Positions 37,746 to 51,817 of a stretch of DNA of 64,000 bases are shown piece by piece (the first letter of the stretch is position 1; the number at the start of each line of letters is the position of its first letter). This DNA is from Cetorhinus maximus (Eukaryota): the NCBI RefSeq assembly GCF_964194155.1, contig NC_135887.1:39060001-39124000 (forward strand), written 5' to 3'. The translations under genes and the position numbers were made by a program. A model generated the notes under the pieces. The model was not told the DNA's origin. It made no database searches and saw only the letters and a list, made by a program, of their open reading frames with translations.

Positions 37746-39163
37746 TTGTACAGATAAGCCAGGGAACTACAGGCCAGTGAGTCTCACGTCAGTGGTAGGG
37801 AAACTATTGGAGAAATTTCTGAAGGAGAGTATCTATCTCCACTTAGAGAGGCAAGGTTTGATCAGGGATAGTCAGAATGGCTTTGTCAGAGGGAGGTCAT
37901 GCCTAACAAATTTGATTGAATTTTTTGAGGAGGTGACCAGGTGTGTAGATGAGGGTAGTGCAGTTGATGTAGTTTATATGGATTTCAGCAAAGCTTTTGA
38001 CAAGGTCCCACATGGGAGACTTATAAAGAAGGCAAAGGCACATGGGATACAGGGTAATTTGATAAGGTGGATTCAAAATTGGCTTAGTTGTAGGAGACAA
38101 AGGGTGATGACAGAAGGATGCTTTAGTGACTGGGAGCCAGTGTCCGGTGGCATACCACAAGGATCTGTGCTCGGTCCCCTATTATTTGTCATTTATATAA
38201 ACGACATAGATGACTATGTGGGGGGTAGGATTAGTAAGTTTGCAGATGACACAAAGATTGGCCGGGTGGTTAACAGTGAGGTTGAGTGTCTTGGGCTACA
38301 GGAAGATATAGACGGAATGGTCAAATGGGCAGATAAGTGGCAGATGGAATTTAACCCTGAAAAGTGTGAGGTGATACACTTTGGAAGGAGTAATTTGACA
38401 AGGAAGTATTCAATGAACAGCATGACACTAGGAAGTTCTGAGGAACAAAGGGACCTTGGCGTGTGTGTCCATAGATCTCTGAAGACAGAGGGGCATGTTA
38501 GTGGGGTGGTGAACAAGGCATATGGGACACTTGCCTTTATCAATCGAGGCATAGATTACAAAAGTAGGGAGGTCATGTTGGAGTTGTATAGAACCTTGGT
38601 GAGGCCACAGCTGGAATACTGTGTGCAGTTCTGGTTGCCGCATTATAGGAAGGATGTGATTGCACTGGAGGGGGTGCAGAGGAGATTCACCAGGATGTTG
38701 CCTGGGATGAAACATTTAAGTTATGAAGAGAGGTTGGATAGACTTGGGTTGTTTTCATTGGAGCAAAGAAGACTGAAGGGCGACCTGATCAAGGTGTACA
38801 AGATTATGAGGGGCATGGACAGGGTGGAAAGGGAGCAGCTGTTCCCCTTAGTTGAAGGGTCAGTCACAAGGAGGCATAAGTTCAAGATGAGGGGCAGGAG
38901 ATTTATGGGGGATGTCAGGAAAAACGTTTTTACCCAGAGGGTGGTGATGGTCTGGAATATGCTGCCTGGGAAGGTGGTGGAGGCGGGTCGCCTCACATCC
39001 TTTAAAAAGTACCTGGATAAGCACTTGGCACGTCATAACATTCAAGGCTATGGGCCAAGTGCTGGTAAGTGGGATTAGGTAGGTAGATCAGGTGTTTCTC
39101 ACGTGTCGGTGCAGACTCGATGGGCCGAAAGGCCTCTTCTGCACCGCGATTCTGTGTGATTCA
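37746..39163 (+). mobile_element. Young 5'-truncated CR1 LINE with an open RT frame to 39078
   Basis: PGNYRPVSLTS, DFSKAFDKVPH, GIPQGSVLGP and SKFADD with no stops over ~440 codons. ATTCTGTG-type tail; ATTCA is present at both junctions. Confidence 0.95.
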
Positions 39164-39494
39164 CCATTTCCCCGATTTTTGCTCCCAATCTGGGCTAATA
39201 CATTACATCTGGAGCTCTTCTATGCCAAGGTGACTTTCATGTATGCTTTGCAGCATTTCTTTCCTCAGTGTTGCAGGTATTATGATCTCTTCTCCCTAGA
39301 AAAGTATTCCTGCTGCCACATGAAGTTCTTCATGAAAGTTCCAGTACTCTTGTACTGCAGAAAGGGCTCTGCTCCAATGTGTGGGCCAGTTTGCACAATC
39401 TGCTGCAGTTTTCTCAGGGTGGTGTCGTTCTTGGTCACTTCCCTGATCCCATCCAGTTTGGTTACAGCCATGTCCTCAGTGTGTAGCCTTTGTT

Positions 39495-41380
39495 CCCAAG
39501 GAGACACCCCTGCAGCTTCTGTGGACACTGGAAGATGTCAGGGATCTGTGACCGACTGAGAATGTAGATGTTGTGAACACTCCCTGGAAACCGTGCACAC
39601 ACCTGCAGGATGGGTTTCTGGTGGTCGCACACCAGCTGCAAATTCAGCGAATGGAAGCCTTTGCGGTTGAGATATTTGACCACTTGTTGCGACAGAGATC
39701 TGAGCCTCACACAAGTGCAGTCAATGGCATTCTGCACCTGTGGGAAACCCAAAATCAGGGCACATTCCCATGCTCTTGTATCCTGGCTGTCCTGGTCCCA
39801 GGCGAAATACACAATGTTGTGTACCCTCGTGAAGATGTCATCCATGACCTCATGGATGCATTTATGGATGGAGGTTTGTTAGATCCCACAGAGGTCACCT
39901 GTGGAGCCCTGAAAGGAACCATTGGCATAGAAACTTGAGCACCACAGTCATTTTCACAGCCACTGGCAGTCGATGCCCTCCATGTCTCCGTGGCGCCAAA
40001 TCCTGCAGCAGGTGGCAAATGTGCCCGACCAATTCCCTAGACACGCACAGTCTTCAACAACAGTGGTTCTCGGTCATCTACAGGAATGAAAGGTGGCATA
40101 TATAGACCCAGGGTCTAGCTTGGCACCAACCAGCGATGGTTCGTTGTGGCTCTTCAGCAGTGCGTGTAGGAGATCCAGCTGCCCCTTCTTCCTGTGGTCC
40201 TCCTCCTCCCTCTGCAAAGCCAGGTGCCTCCGTCCCTCTCTTCTTTGTCACCTCCACTCTCTGTATGCCATGAGACGTACAGTTAGTTCACCAGGCTCCA
40301 TGCTCCTGATGTACTCCTTCTGCAGGACGAAAGAGAGAGATGCTCGGGTTAGCTTGGGTGTTCTTGGTTAAGTCTGAAGGCCACTTAATGCATCCCAGAG
40401 AGTGCTGGCCACCACTTGGATGGCCATAGTTTAGTGCACTGCATGGCTGCCTGAAACCCCACCCTCCTCTGCCCCACCTGACTGATTGGCAGCAGCTTTG
40501 CCCATTGGGCTGCATGCTGTGCTCTCAGTTCAGGCGCAGGCATTCTCCTCACCTGCACTGCAAGGCTGCACTGTTAGCTTGAACCATGGGGGAGACTGGT
40601 CCAACCCTGAATGATGACATTGCAAAGAGGCTGTGAGCGCCTCCACCAGTGACTGCTCCATGGCCAGCTTTAGCAAGGAGATTGTACAACCTGCCCAGTC
40701 GTCCAATTGTCCTGCAGTCCACCAAAACGCTTGTTAGTTTGCAGTCTAAAGTTCTGGAGCAATTGGTGCCTCTGCATTGCTTAAGTGGGCAGATATGCTA
40801 GAGGCCTAATTCCAAGCAGGTCAATGTGGCTGTGTCTAAACTGTCTCAGCTGCAGAGGAGTGGTCACTTTACACAAGGCATCCTGATGCATGGCCGCTTC
40901 CCTCTCCCCCACCCTGCACATGCTTGTGCGCTAGCATCAACTGCAGGGCAACCCTTGCCCCGCTCCCCCCAACACGCCTTAACCGCAGGCAGCCCTTGCA
41001 CCCTACCCACAAAGCACCTCAACCTTGAAGTCCAACAGGTGACCCTTTGAGCGCAGCGCAACGTTACTCTGCACCCATTTCCGACTTCCCCTCAAAGTGC
41101 AGCCTGCCAAGTGCACGCCTTATATATGCTGTTGTGAAACACGTTGGCATGCAATCACGTGCCCAGATGACCCAGTGGGTGGTGGGGAGAGGGAGCGGGC
41201 TGGGCTTATAATGATATGCAGGTGTATTACAATAATGTTCCTGACATCTGACAGTGGGAAATGCGGCCCTCCATTGAAGGGCAGAGTGGACAATTGCAAA
41301 TTGGTTTCATGACATTGTGAAACTGATTTTTGGCCTTCTCGCCATATTGTCCGCTCATGCCGCTGAACACGCCTGGCACC
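39495..41380 (-). mobile_element. Harbinger transposase (HARBI1-like DDE) pseudogene with upstream sequence
   Basis: GFPQVQNAIDCT, YLNRKGFHSLNLQLVCD, ARFPGSVHN and LLGNKGY (catalytic Asp residues decayed to Asn). Confidence 0.85.
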
Positions 41381-41389
41381 AGTCCAGAC

Positions 41390-41888
41390 AGCAAGCAGGA
41401 AGAAACAGGACAGCCTCCTCAGTCACTCCTCCAGAGACAAGCATGCCATCTCTCCCTTCAGGGAAAGGTCAACAAGTGTCTCCAACAGACTACGAAACTG
41501 CCAAAGTCAGCTCCAGAGTTCTACTGAAATCATCCAACTAACCGCTGCAACATGCCACCATGTACACCTCACGGACATGCCAAGGACTTATTTGTATATT
41601 CTTTTTAACTTTTATTTGGATACTTAACTTTCTTTTCTGATCTGTGTGAATGTGTGTTGGGTATTTTATTGTTTTTCCTCGGGTTTTAGTGACCAATAAA
41701 CTTGCTCTTTCTTTGACTCAAGAAAACCTGGTTTGATTGGCTCCTTGTTAAAAAGTAAATATATTTGGACTGGAAAAGGTATCCACTGTGGGGGGTGGGG
41801 GAAAGAATTTTAAACAAACCTTCATTGTGACCAACTGAAGGTGTTCAAAAAAAGGGGAGCCAGCTCATTTCTCCTCACCCAGTCATAA
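41390..41888 (+). mobile_element. Partial LTR related to the 3' half of 16208-17096
   Basis: Shared blocks AATAAA..CTCAAGA.AACC..GTTTGATTGGCTCCTT and the GGGGAGCCA..GTCATAA end. Confidence 0.7.
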
Positions 41889-42009
41889 TGCAGCGAAGCT
41901 GTTGATGTAACAATATCACAGCTGTGCACTGTCAGCTTCACCAGCTAACCTACTGTGGTGTATTACACTTAACTCCTTTAGAGATATTTTCCTCAGTTAA
42001 ATATTACCC

Positions 42010-44200
42010 TGAGAAATCTGTTGGTTAGCCTTAATCATCACAAATTTCCATGTCTGACTTTTCCCTTCCCTCCATCAACTTTATTTCCATTTCTGGGGAT
42101 ATGCTGCCGACCAAATTGTGCTACAAGCTCACCTACTCCCTAAGATACCTTGAATATACACCCACTTCCGAGAATGGCTCTATTCCACTCTCCTAATTTC
42201 CTCGTCTCCATCATATCTGCTCCAGCAATGTCACCTTCCAGCCAGAGTTTGCAAAATGTTTTTCTTTCTTCTTAGTCAAGGATTCCTCTCCACTGAGTTT
42301 GACAGGCCCTGGACTGCATCCACATGATTTCTCACAATTCCACCCTAACACTTTCCCCTCTTTCACAGACCCATAATGGGGTCGCCGAATGCTTCACCTG
42401 CCACGTCAGCAGCTTCTATCATCTCCGCTACCTTCCATGCCAGGTTAAGCACATTAAATGCACCTTCACATCCCCCACCGCCCCCCCCACCTTTTAACAT
42501 TCCAAAAGGGTCATTTCCCTCCATGACACCCTAGTCCATTCCTCCATTGCCCTTAATGTCTACTACCCTTCTCCAGGTGACTTCCCATACAAACACAGGA
42601 GACACAACACCTGCCCTTTACCTCCTGTTTTCTCACAACCAAGTTCCAAAAGATGCTTTCTAGACAAAACAATGGCCAGGACTTTTCAGATGGCGGTGTT
42701 TCCCTTCCCGTCACCCAAAGAGCTGGCGGAGAACTCATCCCCACCAATACTCCTGGCCCACAGCCATTTCACACTCCAACAAGCATTAACTGGCTTCAGG
42801 CAGGACTCTAGTCCCTGAGGCGCAGAAGCTGCAAGTGGACAGGACTGGGACTGCAAATAGTCCCCACAGCCTAAGTCCCAGGAGTCCAGAAACGGGTAAA
42901 TTTTGGTGGTCTCAGGATGGGGAGGGTAGGCGAGGCCTGGTGAGGTAGACGGGGTTGGGGGAGGGGGAGTGGGGTTGGTGTGTCAGTTGGGAGAAGCTGA
43001 AGAGGGGAAGAGCCCCTGCAGGGCTCAGACCTTTGCTGGGGCAGTGGTGAAGCAGGAGGGGAGGGGGGTGGGGGGTGTGTCTGATGTTAAGCTGAGGCTG
43101 CTGATGGAGGCCCCCCATCAACCACCCAATTACCACCCGAGGTCTGAACACAGTTCATTTTCGGGCTCCTGCCTTACCACTGAACTCCTCCTGCCAGCCT
43201 GAAAGTTGAGGCTGGGTGGAAAACCAGGGTGGAAAACCTGGGTGGAAAACCAGTGACCAGTGGTCACTTCAGGCCTCAAATGGTGAAAAGGCAGGTGGGC
43301 CTCGCCCATCCCAGTGTAAATTTGTGGAGAGGTTGAAGCGGGCAGGAACCGGCAGGAAGGCCTTCTGACAAACTTTACGTTCATCCCTGACCTACAAATC
43401 TGCCGGCGGGGGAACATAAAATTCTGCCCAATGATTTACATGCTCATCTTCCAGCGTAGTATACTTTACTTGGTACTCATAATGTGTTCTCCTCTACCTT
43501 GGAGGGACCAAGTGCAGATTGGGTGATCGCTTTGTTGAACACCAGTGTCCAGTCCAAAGGCTTGACCTTGGAAATCTGTTCACTTGCCACTTTAATTCCC
43601 CATCCCACACTGACCTCCCTGTCCTTGTTTCCCATACAGTTCCAATGAAGTTCAATGCAAGTCCAAGGAATAGTACTTCAACTTTTGTTTAGGCACTCCA
43701 GGTCTTAACATTGAATTTTCGATTTTAATTATCTCTCACGTTCTCTCTTGGGCAGCCAGTGCTGTTATTGGAAGGTAACTATGCTACAGCCATTGGGAGT
43801 GGAGGAGGTTTGGACTGGTGCTTAAGATGGTGATTCCCTACAAAACCAGGGGTGCGAACCACATCCCTGGAATCTACTCACCTTTCTCTGTCACATCTCC
43901 ATTGGAAACACCTTTTTATTCAAAATTCACTCTTGCCCTCCACCCTATCACAGACCCCTCATTTTTGTTCCTCATTCCTACCCCATTTTTCCTGGATCAT
44001 TTCTGGCTTAAAAGCTGTTACTTCACTAACAACTTTCAGTTAGGCCATAAGACCATAAGACATAGGAGCAGTTCTAATGAAAGGTCATTGACCTGAAAGA
44101 TTAACTCTGTTTCCCTCTTTATAAATACTCCTGCTTGCTAGCTGCATCAGGATTTTCTGTTTTTGCTTGACTTCCAGCATCCTGCAGTATTTTGCTTCTG
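42010..44200 (+). mobile_element. Old Penelope-like remnant split by a MITE
   Basis: Diverged similarity to the reverse complement of 33860-34750, and a degenerate hammerhead/terminal repeat at 44068-44200. Confidence 0.65.
42674..43429. mobile_element. Harbinger-type MITE
   Basis: GGCCAGGACTTT...AAAATTCTGCCC; TSD AAT. Confidence 0.75.
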
Positions 44201-45313
44201 TTTCATTACTTGAGTGAACCAAGAAAAATGAAATCAGTAATCTTAATGGGGTAAATCCATTTGAATCTGACACTGTGTGAGAAAGCAGTATTCTTTATTG
44301 TGTATCTTTGAAAATTTCCATACAGTTGAATTTTCACAGGAATCTACATTTCAAAAGGACAGTTCTAGCAAGCTTCCAGCCCAATCATCTTCTGGGCTCT
44401 TTAGTACTCTAGATTAAAACGTTGTTCATTACAATTGTTCAGAACATCCTGAATGTTAAACTTGTGAAATGTATCTAATTAATAAACTTCAATCAATGTA
44501 ATTATTTTCATCTTCTTAATAATTGGCCTTAATCCGTATTGTGAGGAAACAGGTCAAGTGAGGTTTCTCACCACCTGACAAATTCAGATATGAAATAATA
44601 CAAATGAGGGAGATTCTATTTTACCTTCCCCACAATGCGTTACCAGTAACACTGAGCAGTAACCTGCAGCCACTGGGGTCCCATACTGTGACTGGCAGGA
44701 GCAGCAGCCAGTGGTGTGGGTCACAAGCTCACTGTTAACCTGCTGATGGGCTATTTGAAAATGTGGACTTTGTTCATCCATGAAATAAAGGCGTCAGATT
44801 ATGGATGGGTATGAAGATTGACTGAGAACTGTCAGAGCAGCTGGTGTGAAGCTGGTACAATGACAGATCACAAAGTTATTGAAAATTTATAAAAATTGAC
44901 AGTAATAACCTAGCACAGAACCATAGCTTTGTGAAAGTAATGAACTCAAATGAGAGTCTTCATCTTTCTAACATTAAACAGCAGCTGGGGGTGCAGATCC
45001 CTCAGCTTCATTCCCTGCTAATAATCTTCAGTCACTGGGAACAAATGATTGAGGATGGATATTCTGTGAAAGCAGTGAGTTTGATTATAGCAGATACAAT
45101 GGCTGACCATTGCCTCCTTACCAACATTAAAGTCTCAGTTCATTTCAGGTGAGCTGCTGCTAGTATTCCTCACAAGGACCTGAACAAATGAAAGTTTTTA
45201 CATCCCATCACAATTTGTTTTCCCCAGCTCTCTAATCTGAATAATGCCACATCACCTGCAATTTTGTCTTGTGATGTAGGAAAAATAAAAGCAACAATGA
45301 AACATAATCAGGT

Positions 45314-45319
45314 TTTATT
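45314..45319 (-). terminator. Candidate polyadenylation signal of the collagen-C1q gene
   Basis: Minus-strand AATAAA about 470 nt after the stop codon. Confidence 0.5.
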
Positions 45320-45789
45320 ATTGGACCAGATTGTTACCAATCCAAGGTAGCTTTTGCTGATCAGAGGGCTGATTTCAGCCTTTACCTCAATTTTCCATGG
45401 AGCCAATCACCTGAGGAATTTATATATTTGATTAATTATAGGTCCAAAACCTGTAATACATGATCAGCCGTTGTTTTGTCCAATTTGACCAGGGCAGGCT
45501 AGACTGGGGAGTTACGAGATAAAACATAACTACATTGAATTATTTAAAGAAATGCTGTATTTAAATTGGTACACTTTATATGGGATTATTTTATGAGTAG
45601 TCCTGGAATACAGGAAAAACTTCACCCAGAGGTGCAGGCTTAAATAAGAATCACAGCAATGATCATTAGAATTAGATACACAAAAAACTAGAGTGAAAAC
45701 TAAGTTTTCTGAACAGCATTGTTTTAACCCATGGAAATATCACCGGCATTAAAATAAAGCCAACGAAAAATCTAGACAATGTCTCAAAA

Positions 45790-46538
45790 TCATTTTATCA
45801 AACGTGGACTTATCAGATGTCCCATGAAAGTAGATTGTTTACATACGCCATTGTAGTTATCTTTAATCTCTAACCAAACTCTATCTCCATGATTCAGGCT
45901 CAATATCAAACCAGCTGACGCAACTTCATAAAATGAATTGAAAGGCTGGAAGGTGCTCCAGACAGTAACATCATTTACTTTGAAAACTATGTAAGCATTC
46001 ACTGAATATACTTGTATGATATAATGAAAACGATAAATACCAGCTATTCTAACACGGTATATGCCTGTGTTAGCCTGGAAATCTCCATCTGCGTTGAAGA
46101 TTGTTCTTTGCCAAGTAATTGATCTGCCCGGTGCAGGATTGCCTTCCTCAGGTGCAACTGAAAATGCAGTTAACTTCAAAAAGGTATTTGGCCCGCTGGG
46201 TCCCACTGGTCCAGGATCACCTTTCTCTCCCGGAGGCCCTGTAGGTCCCACTGGGCCCATTATTCCTCTTGTTCCAGGAGCTCCTGGGGCTCCTTTATGT
46301 CCCACTAAGCCATGGCGTCCGTTCAAGCCTCTTTCACCAGGAACACCGCGAGGTCCTCGGGGTCCTGGCCATCCAGCGTTACCAGCTGTTCCAGGAGAAC
46401 CGAGTGCGCCTGGCATTCCATCTGCTCCATCACGGCCAGGCCAGCCAGTTGTCCCTGGAACTCCATTGTCACCTCTAGGGCCACGTGATCCAGGTAGCCC
46501 TGGTAGACCTTCCTTACCCCTTGTTCCATAATATACAG
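45790..46538 (-). CDS. Collagen-C1q (C1q/TNF-related) protein, last coding exon: 38 Gly-X-Y triplets + gC1q
   Basis: Acceptor TTTTTCTTTCAG| at 46539 (phase 1). GTR...GPN runs 38 triplets without a break. C1q motifs [26 protein letters not shown] and STFMGHLI; stop at 45790. Confidence 0.93.
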
Positions 46539-46614
46539 CTGAAAGAAAAAGGTATATAATATTATAATGCTGAGGTTTAAGTACCTCATTATTCACTTAA
46601 CTGCACTCATTAAA

Positions 46615-48190
46615 CCATGGAATAGCTACAGGACAGAAGCAGGCCATTTGGCCCGTTGTTTCCACGTCAATTCTCTGTAAGAGTTACTCAGCTAGTCCAC
46701 TTCTCTCCTTTTCTCCACTGCACTGCAACTTTTTTCTCTTCAGATAATGATCCAATTCTCTTTTGAATCCATGATTGAACCTGCCTCCAACAGACTTTCC
46801 AGCGGTGCATTCCACATCCTAACCACTCACTTTGTAAAATAAGTTTTTCCTCATGTTGCCATTGCTTCTTTTGCCAAGCACCGTACACCAGTTTTCTCCG
46901 GTTCTTGACCCTTCTGCTGATGGAAACAATTTCTCCCCATCTACTCTCTCTGGGCTGCTCAGCGTTTTGAACACCTTTATCAAAACTCCTCTCGATCTTC
47001 TCACCTCTAAAGAAAACAGCCCCAGCTTCACCAACCTGTTCATAACTGAACTCTCTCATCTTCATAGCCATTCTCTTAAGTCTTTTCTGCATCCTCTCCA
47101 ATGTCTTCGCATCCTACTTAAAGTGTGGGGTTCAAAATTGGACACAAGAGTCTAGTTGAGGCCGAGCTAGTGTTTTTACAAAGGTTCACCTTTCTTGCTT
47201 TGTACTACTTTGAGTAGGGTTTAATGGATGGAGGGGTTTCCCGCCCCACCATCCGAAGAGCCATCAGGGAATACGTCCCGACTAATGCTGGCTGCCCCTC
47301 AGCCATTTAATAGTCTGAGGAGTGTTAATTGGCTGCAGGTGTGACTTCCGCCACCAACCCCCACCCCCCCACCACCCCCCAGGCAGACGTCCCACCTCAG
47401 AGAACTGCTGCCCAATCTAATTGACCGGCAGCTCTGCAATGCCAGCAGTGCTGCTGGCAGTGGTCATCACTGCAGTGACTACAAGCAGTCACCAAAACCT
47501 AAGTGCCCGAGCCAGGCTGTAAGTATTGGGAGTCTTTCAGGACAGGAGATGGGGAAGCAGATCTAGGGGAGTGGGTGCCCAGTGTGAAACCCCTTCTTTC
47601 CCACCTGAGGCTCGAGCAGCCCTCATCTCCTCTCGCCCACTTGACAGCCTCAGGTGGGGGAGCATGCGAGGCCTGGGACATAAATTGCAGACAGGTTGGA
47701 TGCAGGTGGGAGGGCAGCGGCCACTCGGGTAATTTAACAGGTCCCCTGCCTACAAACCAGCTGTCAAAGGACTATTACATTCTGCCCTATGCCTCTATTC
47801 ATAAAGCCTGCATCCCATGTACCTTATAACCCGCTTACTCAATCTGCCCTGCCACTTTCAAAGATTTGTGCACATGAACCTCCAGGTCCCTCTGCTCCTG
47901 CACCCCCTTTTAGAATTGCATCCTTGATGTTATATTGTCTTTCCTACCAAAATGTATCAATTCACACTTCTCTGCATTAAATTTTGCCTGTCACGTGTCC
48001 ACCCATTCCATCAGTCTCTCTATCCTTCTGACAATTCACAATACTTCCACGTTTTGTGTCACCTGCAAATCTTGAAATAGGTCATTAATATATATCAAGA
48101 AAACCATTGGTCTCAATACTGACCACTAGGAACCCTACTATATACCTTCCTCCAGTCCAATAAATAACTGTTCGCCACTACTCTCTGCTT
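46615..48190 (-). mobile_element. Intronic CR1 fragments interrupted by a GC-rich MITE-like piece (~47217-47790)
   Basis: LGLFSLEVRRSRGVLIKVFK is a CR1 C-terminus; further RT remnants at 47790-48190. Confidence 0.7.
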
Positions 48191-50312
48191 CACTCACATG
48201 AGGTGGCGTTCTTGCCAGAAGTGATACATCAACTGTGCAATATGCCTTCCCATATATGGACAGGAATGTTCTACTGAGATGCAATTGAAATAATTCAATT
48301 TTGCCCCATAGTAACACTGGGTGCTATGCACTCTATACATAGTGCTCACTCAGGCATTGTAGGGGAGGTCGCATCACATTTTGGAAAGATTTGATAACCG
48401 CCTCTGCCAAATTCACCCAGCCACTCTCTACCTGGAGGCTCCTGTCCCTTGCCTTTTTCCCCACTGTATGCCTGATACCTCTTCTCCAAATACAATCCTT
48501 AGCTGCTAACGATCATATCGGATAATTGCAGGTGTTCTGTCCATCGTTGTTCTGTTAACTGGTGCAGCTTCACCAGGAGTGTGAACATTTCTCCTGTCCC
48601 TGTGCCCAATAACTATATGCAGTTCCAGTGCCTTAAATGCAAGCTTGCCTTATCAGAGTATTTTCCTGGTTCTATCAAACATAATAAAAGTAATCTTTCA
48701 TTGAGAGATTAGCTCATTTTATGCTGTGGAGTTTCCTGTTTACTGTGCCAAGTTTCAATGCTTTTCTCTCCCTGCCTCTCTCAAAAGAGTTAGCTTCTTC
48801 TGAGGGATGGTTTCATAGTTGCCTCATTCCACTAGTACTTTAGCTCAGTAGCCTATTGAAACCTAATGAAAAGGGAAATGGGGGCATTAAAGGCAAGCCT
48901 CCATCTTGTCCTCCTGTAACATCCACACACATATGGACACATTCTCCAAGAGATGTTATTGAAATATGTGAAAATTGTGGTAAACAGCACCCATCATGTG
49001 TCAGAGATATCCTAAGCCTGGTTGTGAAGAAGACATTGAGACTAGGATGCTTTGGCAGAGACTGTTTATGGCTCACCACAGAGCTTATTTCTCCACTCAA
49101 ACACCAGAGCCCAGTACTGGCTGACTCTTCTTTCTATGCACATTTAACAAATCAATACCCAACATTTGCTCACCTTATTACTTTAAACTACTGGGTATTT
49201 AACAACCATCAAACAGAACCTATTAGATTATAATATCATGCATCAAACACAATACACCCATTTGCCATGAATATACACTTCCTTCATGGTCATCCTTGAG
49301 GTGCGAGAGCCACAGTACTGTTGTTCTTTTGGCTTTGCATCCAGATGAGAACCTTTGCTGATTTCCTATTGCTAGCTTAGAGATGGTGAAGCCTTTTTTA
49401 GTGCTCATACTGCCATCTTGAGAACTCAGCACATATTCATGGCTAACCAAAGAACTGCCCCTCCTTGTTTGCATATCAGTTTTTTAGCTGGCTAATGGGA
49501 GCACTGCTGCACTGGGGTATTGTTTCCAAGTGAAGGTTCACTTCCTTTAGTTAGTTATAAATTAAAAACTAGGATTTATCAATTGACCACATGGTGCAGT
49601 CACTGTTTATGCACTTGATGGTAAGGTATTGTATTAATGTTCTTACCAACGCAATAGGGCGCTGGATTCTGCCAGCGACAGTTTGGCATGCAGTGTGATA
49701 CTGGATTCCCCACCATTTCATAACCACGATTGCATCTGTAAAAAGCTGTCCTTAATTCAACTGTCCATGTTCCATCTTTCAGAGGAGGAGGTTTACCACA
49801 AGAAAGAGCTGGAAAAAATTTTTAAAATTAAAATAATACTTATCATTGCCAGAATCCATTTGATGGTTTTGCAAACTCTGTTTGTAGTACAGAGACCACT
49901 CTGAAACTATGGGAAAAATAAACCATCAACAACCAAAGTAAGAGAACGGTACACTGTATGCTGGACAAAGGGTAAGGCTTTGACAGCACCTTCCAAATCA
50001 ATGACCTCCACCACCTAGAAAGACAAGGGCATCAGATGTATGAGAACACCACCACCTCCAAGTTTCCCTCTAAGTCACTCACCATCCTCACGAACATATA
50101 TCACCGCCACTTAATTATCATTGTGTCAAAATCGTGCAACGCTCTACCAAACAACATTGTGAGAGGTAAGGATTAACTTAAAATCCTGCACCTCCACAAG
50201 GCCAAAAAAAAAACTTCTGAGCGGCAAGGTATCCTGAGAACTTTGTTGAAAACTGGGTTGACCACTCAGACATTTTTATTTGGTGAAAATGAATCAACAT
50301 CATGTCACCAAT

Positions 50313-50500
50313 CACTGCTACCCTTTCACTGCTGCCCTTTCACTGCTGCCCTTTCACTGCTGCCCTTTCCTTGCTGCCCTTTCACAGCTGCCCTTTCATT
50401 GCTGCCCTTTCACAGCTGCCCTTTCACTGCTGCCCTTTCACTGCTACCCTTTCACAGCTGCCCTTTCACTGCTACCCTTTCACTGCTACCCTTTCACTGC
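50313..50500. repeat. 14-bp minisatellite (CACTGCTGCCCTTT), about 13 copies
   Basis: Directly visible tandem array with minor variants. Confidence 0.95.
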
Positions 50501-51817
50501 GCAAAAGCAAAGTCTATTAAATCAAACGCTTTTCCTAGCTGATTTGATAGATATTCTCAGTGATGGTCCCTCTTCCTCCAGCATCCTAAAGAAAATATTC
50601 CTCCCAAAACTTATCCGCTAATATGTTGTTTACTGCAATGTCAAGATGGCAAAGGTTAGTGTGTAGAGTCCAAAGTGATGGGCACACAGGAGGGGCAAAA
50701 TTCCAATGGTGCTGTCGTGACTGAGGCAGGTTGGACGTTCTTCTGCCTTGTGGTAGTTTTGCCGACCCTGTGCTATTGCTGAGGTATACAATCGCCATTG
50801 ACATAGTTCATAATAAGTCTGACATGCTGCTTGTGGTGGGAAGGGAAAGGGAAGGAATGGGTCAACAGTTAGTTCCAAAAATAGCTCTGACTGGCTGGAG
50901 AGGGCAGCGTGTAAAATATCAGGGAAGGTTAGGAATAGCTGGAGGTTTGACTGGAAAATGCCTGGCAGAGAGGAGGGCTATGAAAAAATGAAAAAGGGCA
51001 ATGGACAACAAGGATGTAAGCCAAAGTGATGAAGCCACCAACAAGCCTCAGAGAGCTAGACCTTCTCCTTTACATAATGAAGGTACAGAACAAGAGGGTC
51101 AGGCTGTTTTGGGTCAGGGGTCAAAGGCCTGCTAAGCAAATGAAATGCATTGTAGATGATGGTGGCTGTGGCAGTGTTAGTTGTTTAAATGCTAGGCCTC
51201 TTTTGAAGTGCAGGAATAAATTTAACAACCTCACCAGAGCAACTAATATAAGAAACCTGCTCCCTCTTATCCATCATTCATTCACTTCTTGCACAGGGCA
51301 GTCAGAAGTAAAGGTTAGATCTGGGAGTGAGGAGCGGAAGCTTCATAAATGACAGCCCCTGGTTCCATAATCTGTGGTCTCAGGTTTATAGAATCATGAT
51401 CTAGATGCGCTGGGTGAGCATTACGTTTCTATGGCGGCAATGAGGCCCACTCCAGACCCCCTGAGATAGATGGTTGGGGCCACGACTGACTTTAATAATA
51501 TCCTCAGTTCTCATGTCTGAGAACGATTTGGTGCAATGTAGTTCTACCTGTAGTGAATGGAGCCCACATGGGACACCTGCATGCATACCCACGCACACTC
51601 CACCCCCCGCTCCCCTCCACACCATGACATAAACCTCTACTCCTCCATTATAAGGACAAATGTGAGAAAATACCACAGAGCACCACATTGTGAGGACAAC
51701 ATGGCAGATGGTTGATAGAAAATAATTGCCCTGCTTGAAACTGCTGAAAGGCAGATATGCAGAATCCTTTCTTAGCAGCAATGCTTGAAATTTGTAACAT
51801 CTGGAGAGCATGATCAG

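Larger units (their letters stand above)
33164..39490 (-). mobile_element. Fragmented Gypsy element (IN, PPT, 3' LTR ~33164-35718) hosting three nested insertions
   Basis: IN motifs SSPKYPQSNGMVE, FAWHGIPEVL and NGQQYRRNRKFL. The reading frame resumes across the inserts. PPT complement TTTTCCCTTTTT at ~35719. The left LTR boundary is approximate. Confidence 0.8.

Noticed and set aside
46061-46531. Plus-strand Pro/Gly-rich 156-aa ORF
   Set aside because: Antisense shadow of the collagen codons.
46539-46596. N-terminus [20 protein letters not shown] of the 268-aa ORF
   Set aside because: Intron read-through: there is a strong acceptor at 46539 and a proper signal-peptide exon upstream.
50243-50621. 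Cys/Pro-rich repeat ORFs, or a CRISPR-like array
   Set aside because: Translations of a spacerless 14-bp minisatellite in eukaryotic DNA.
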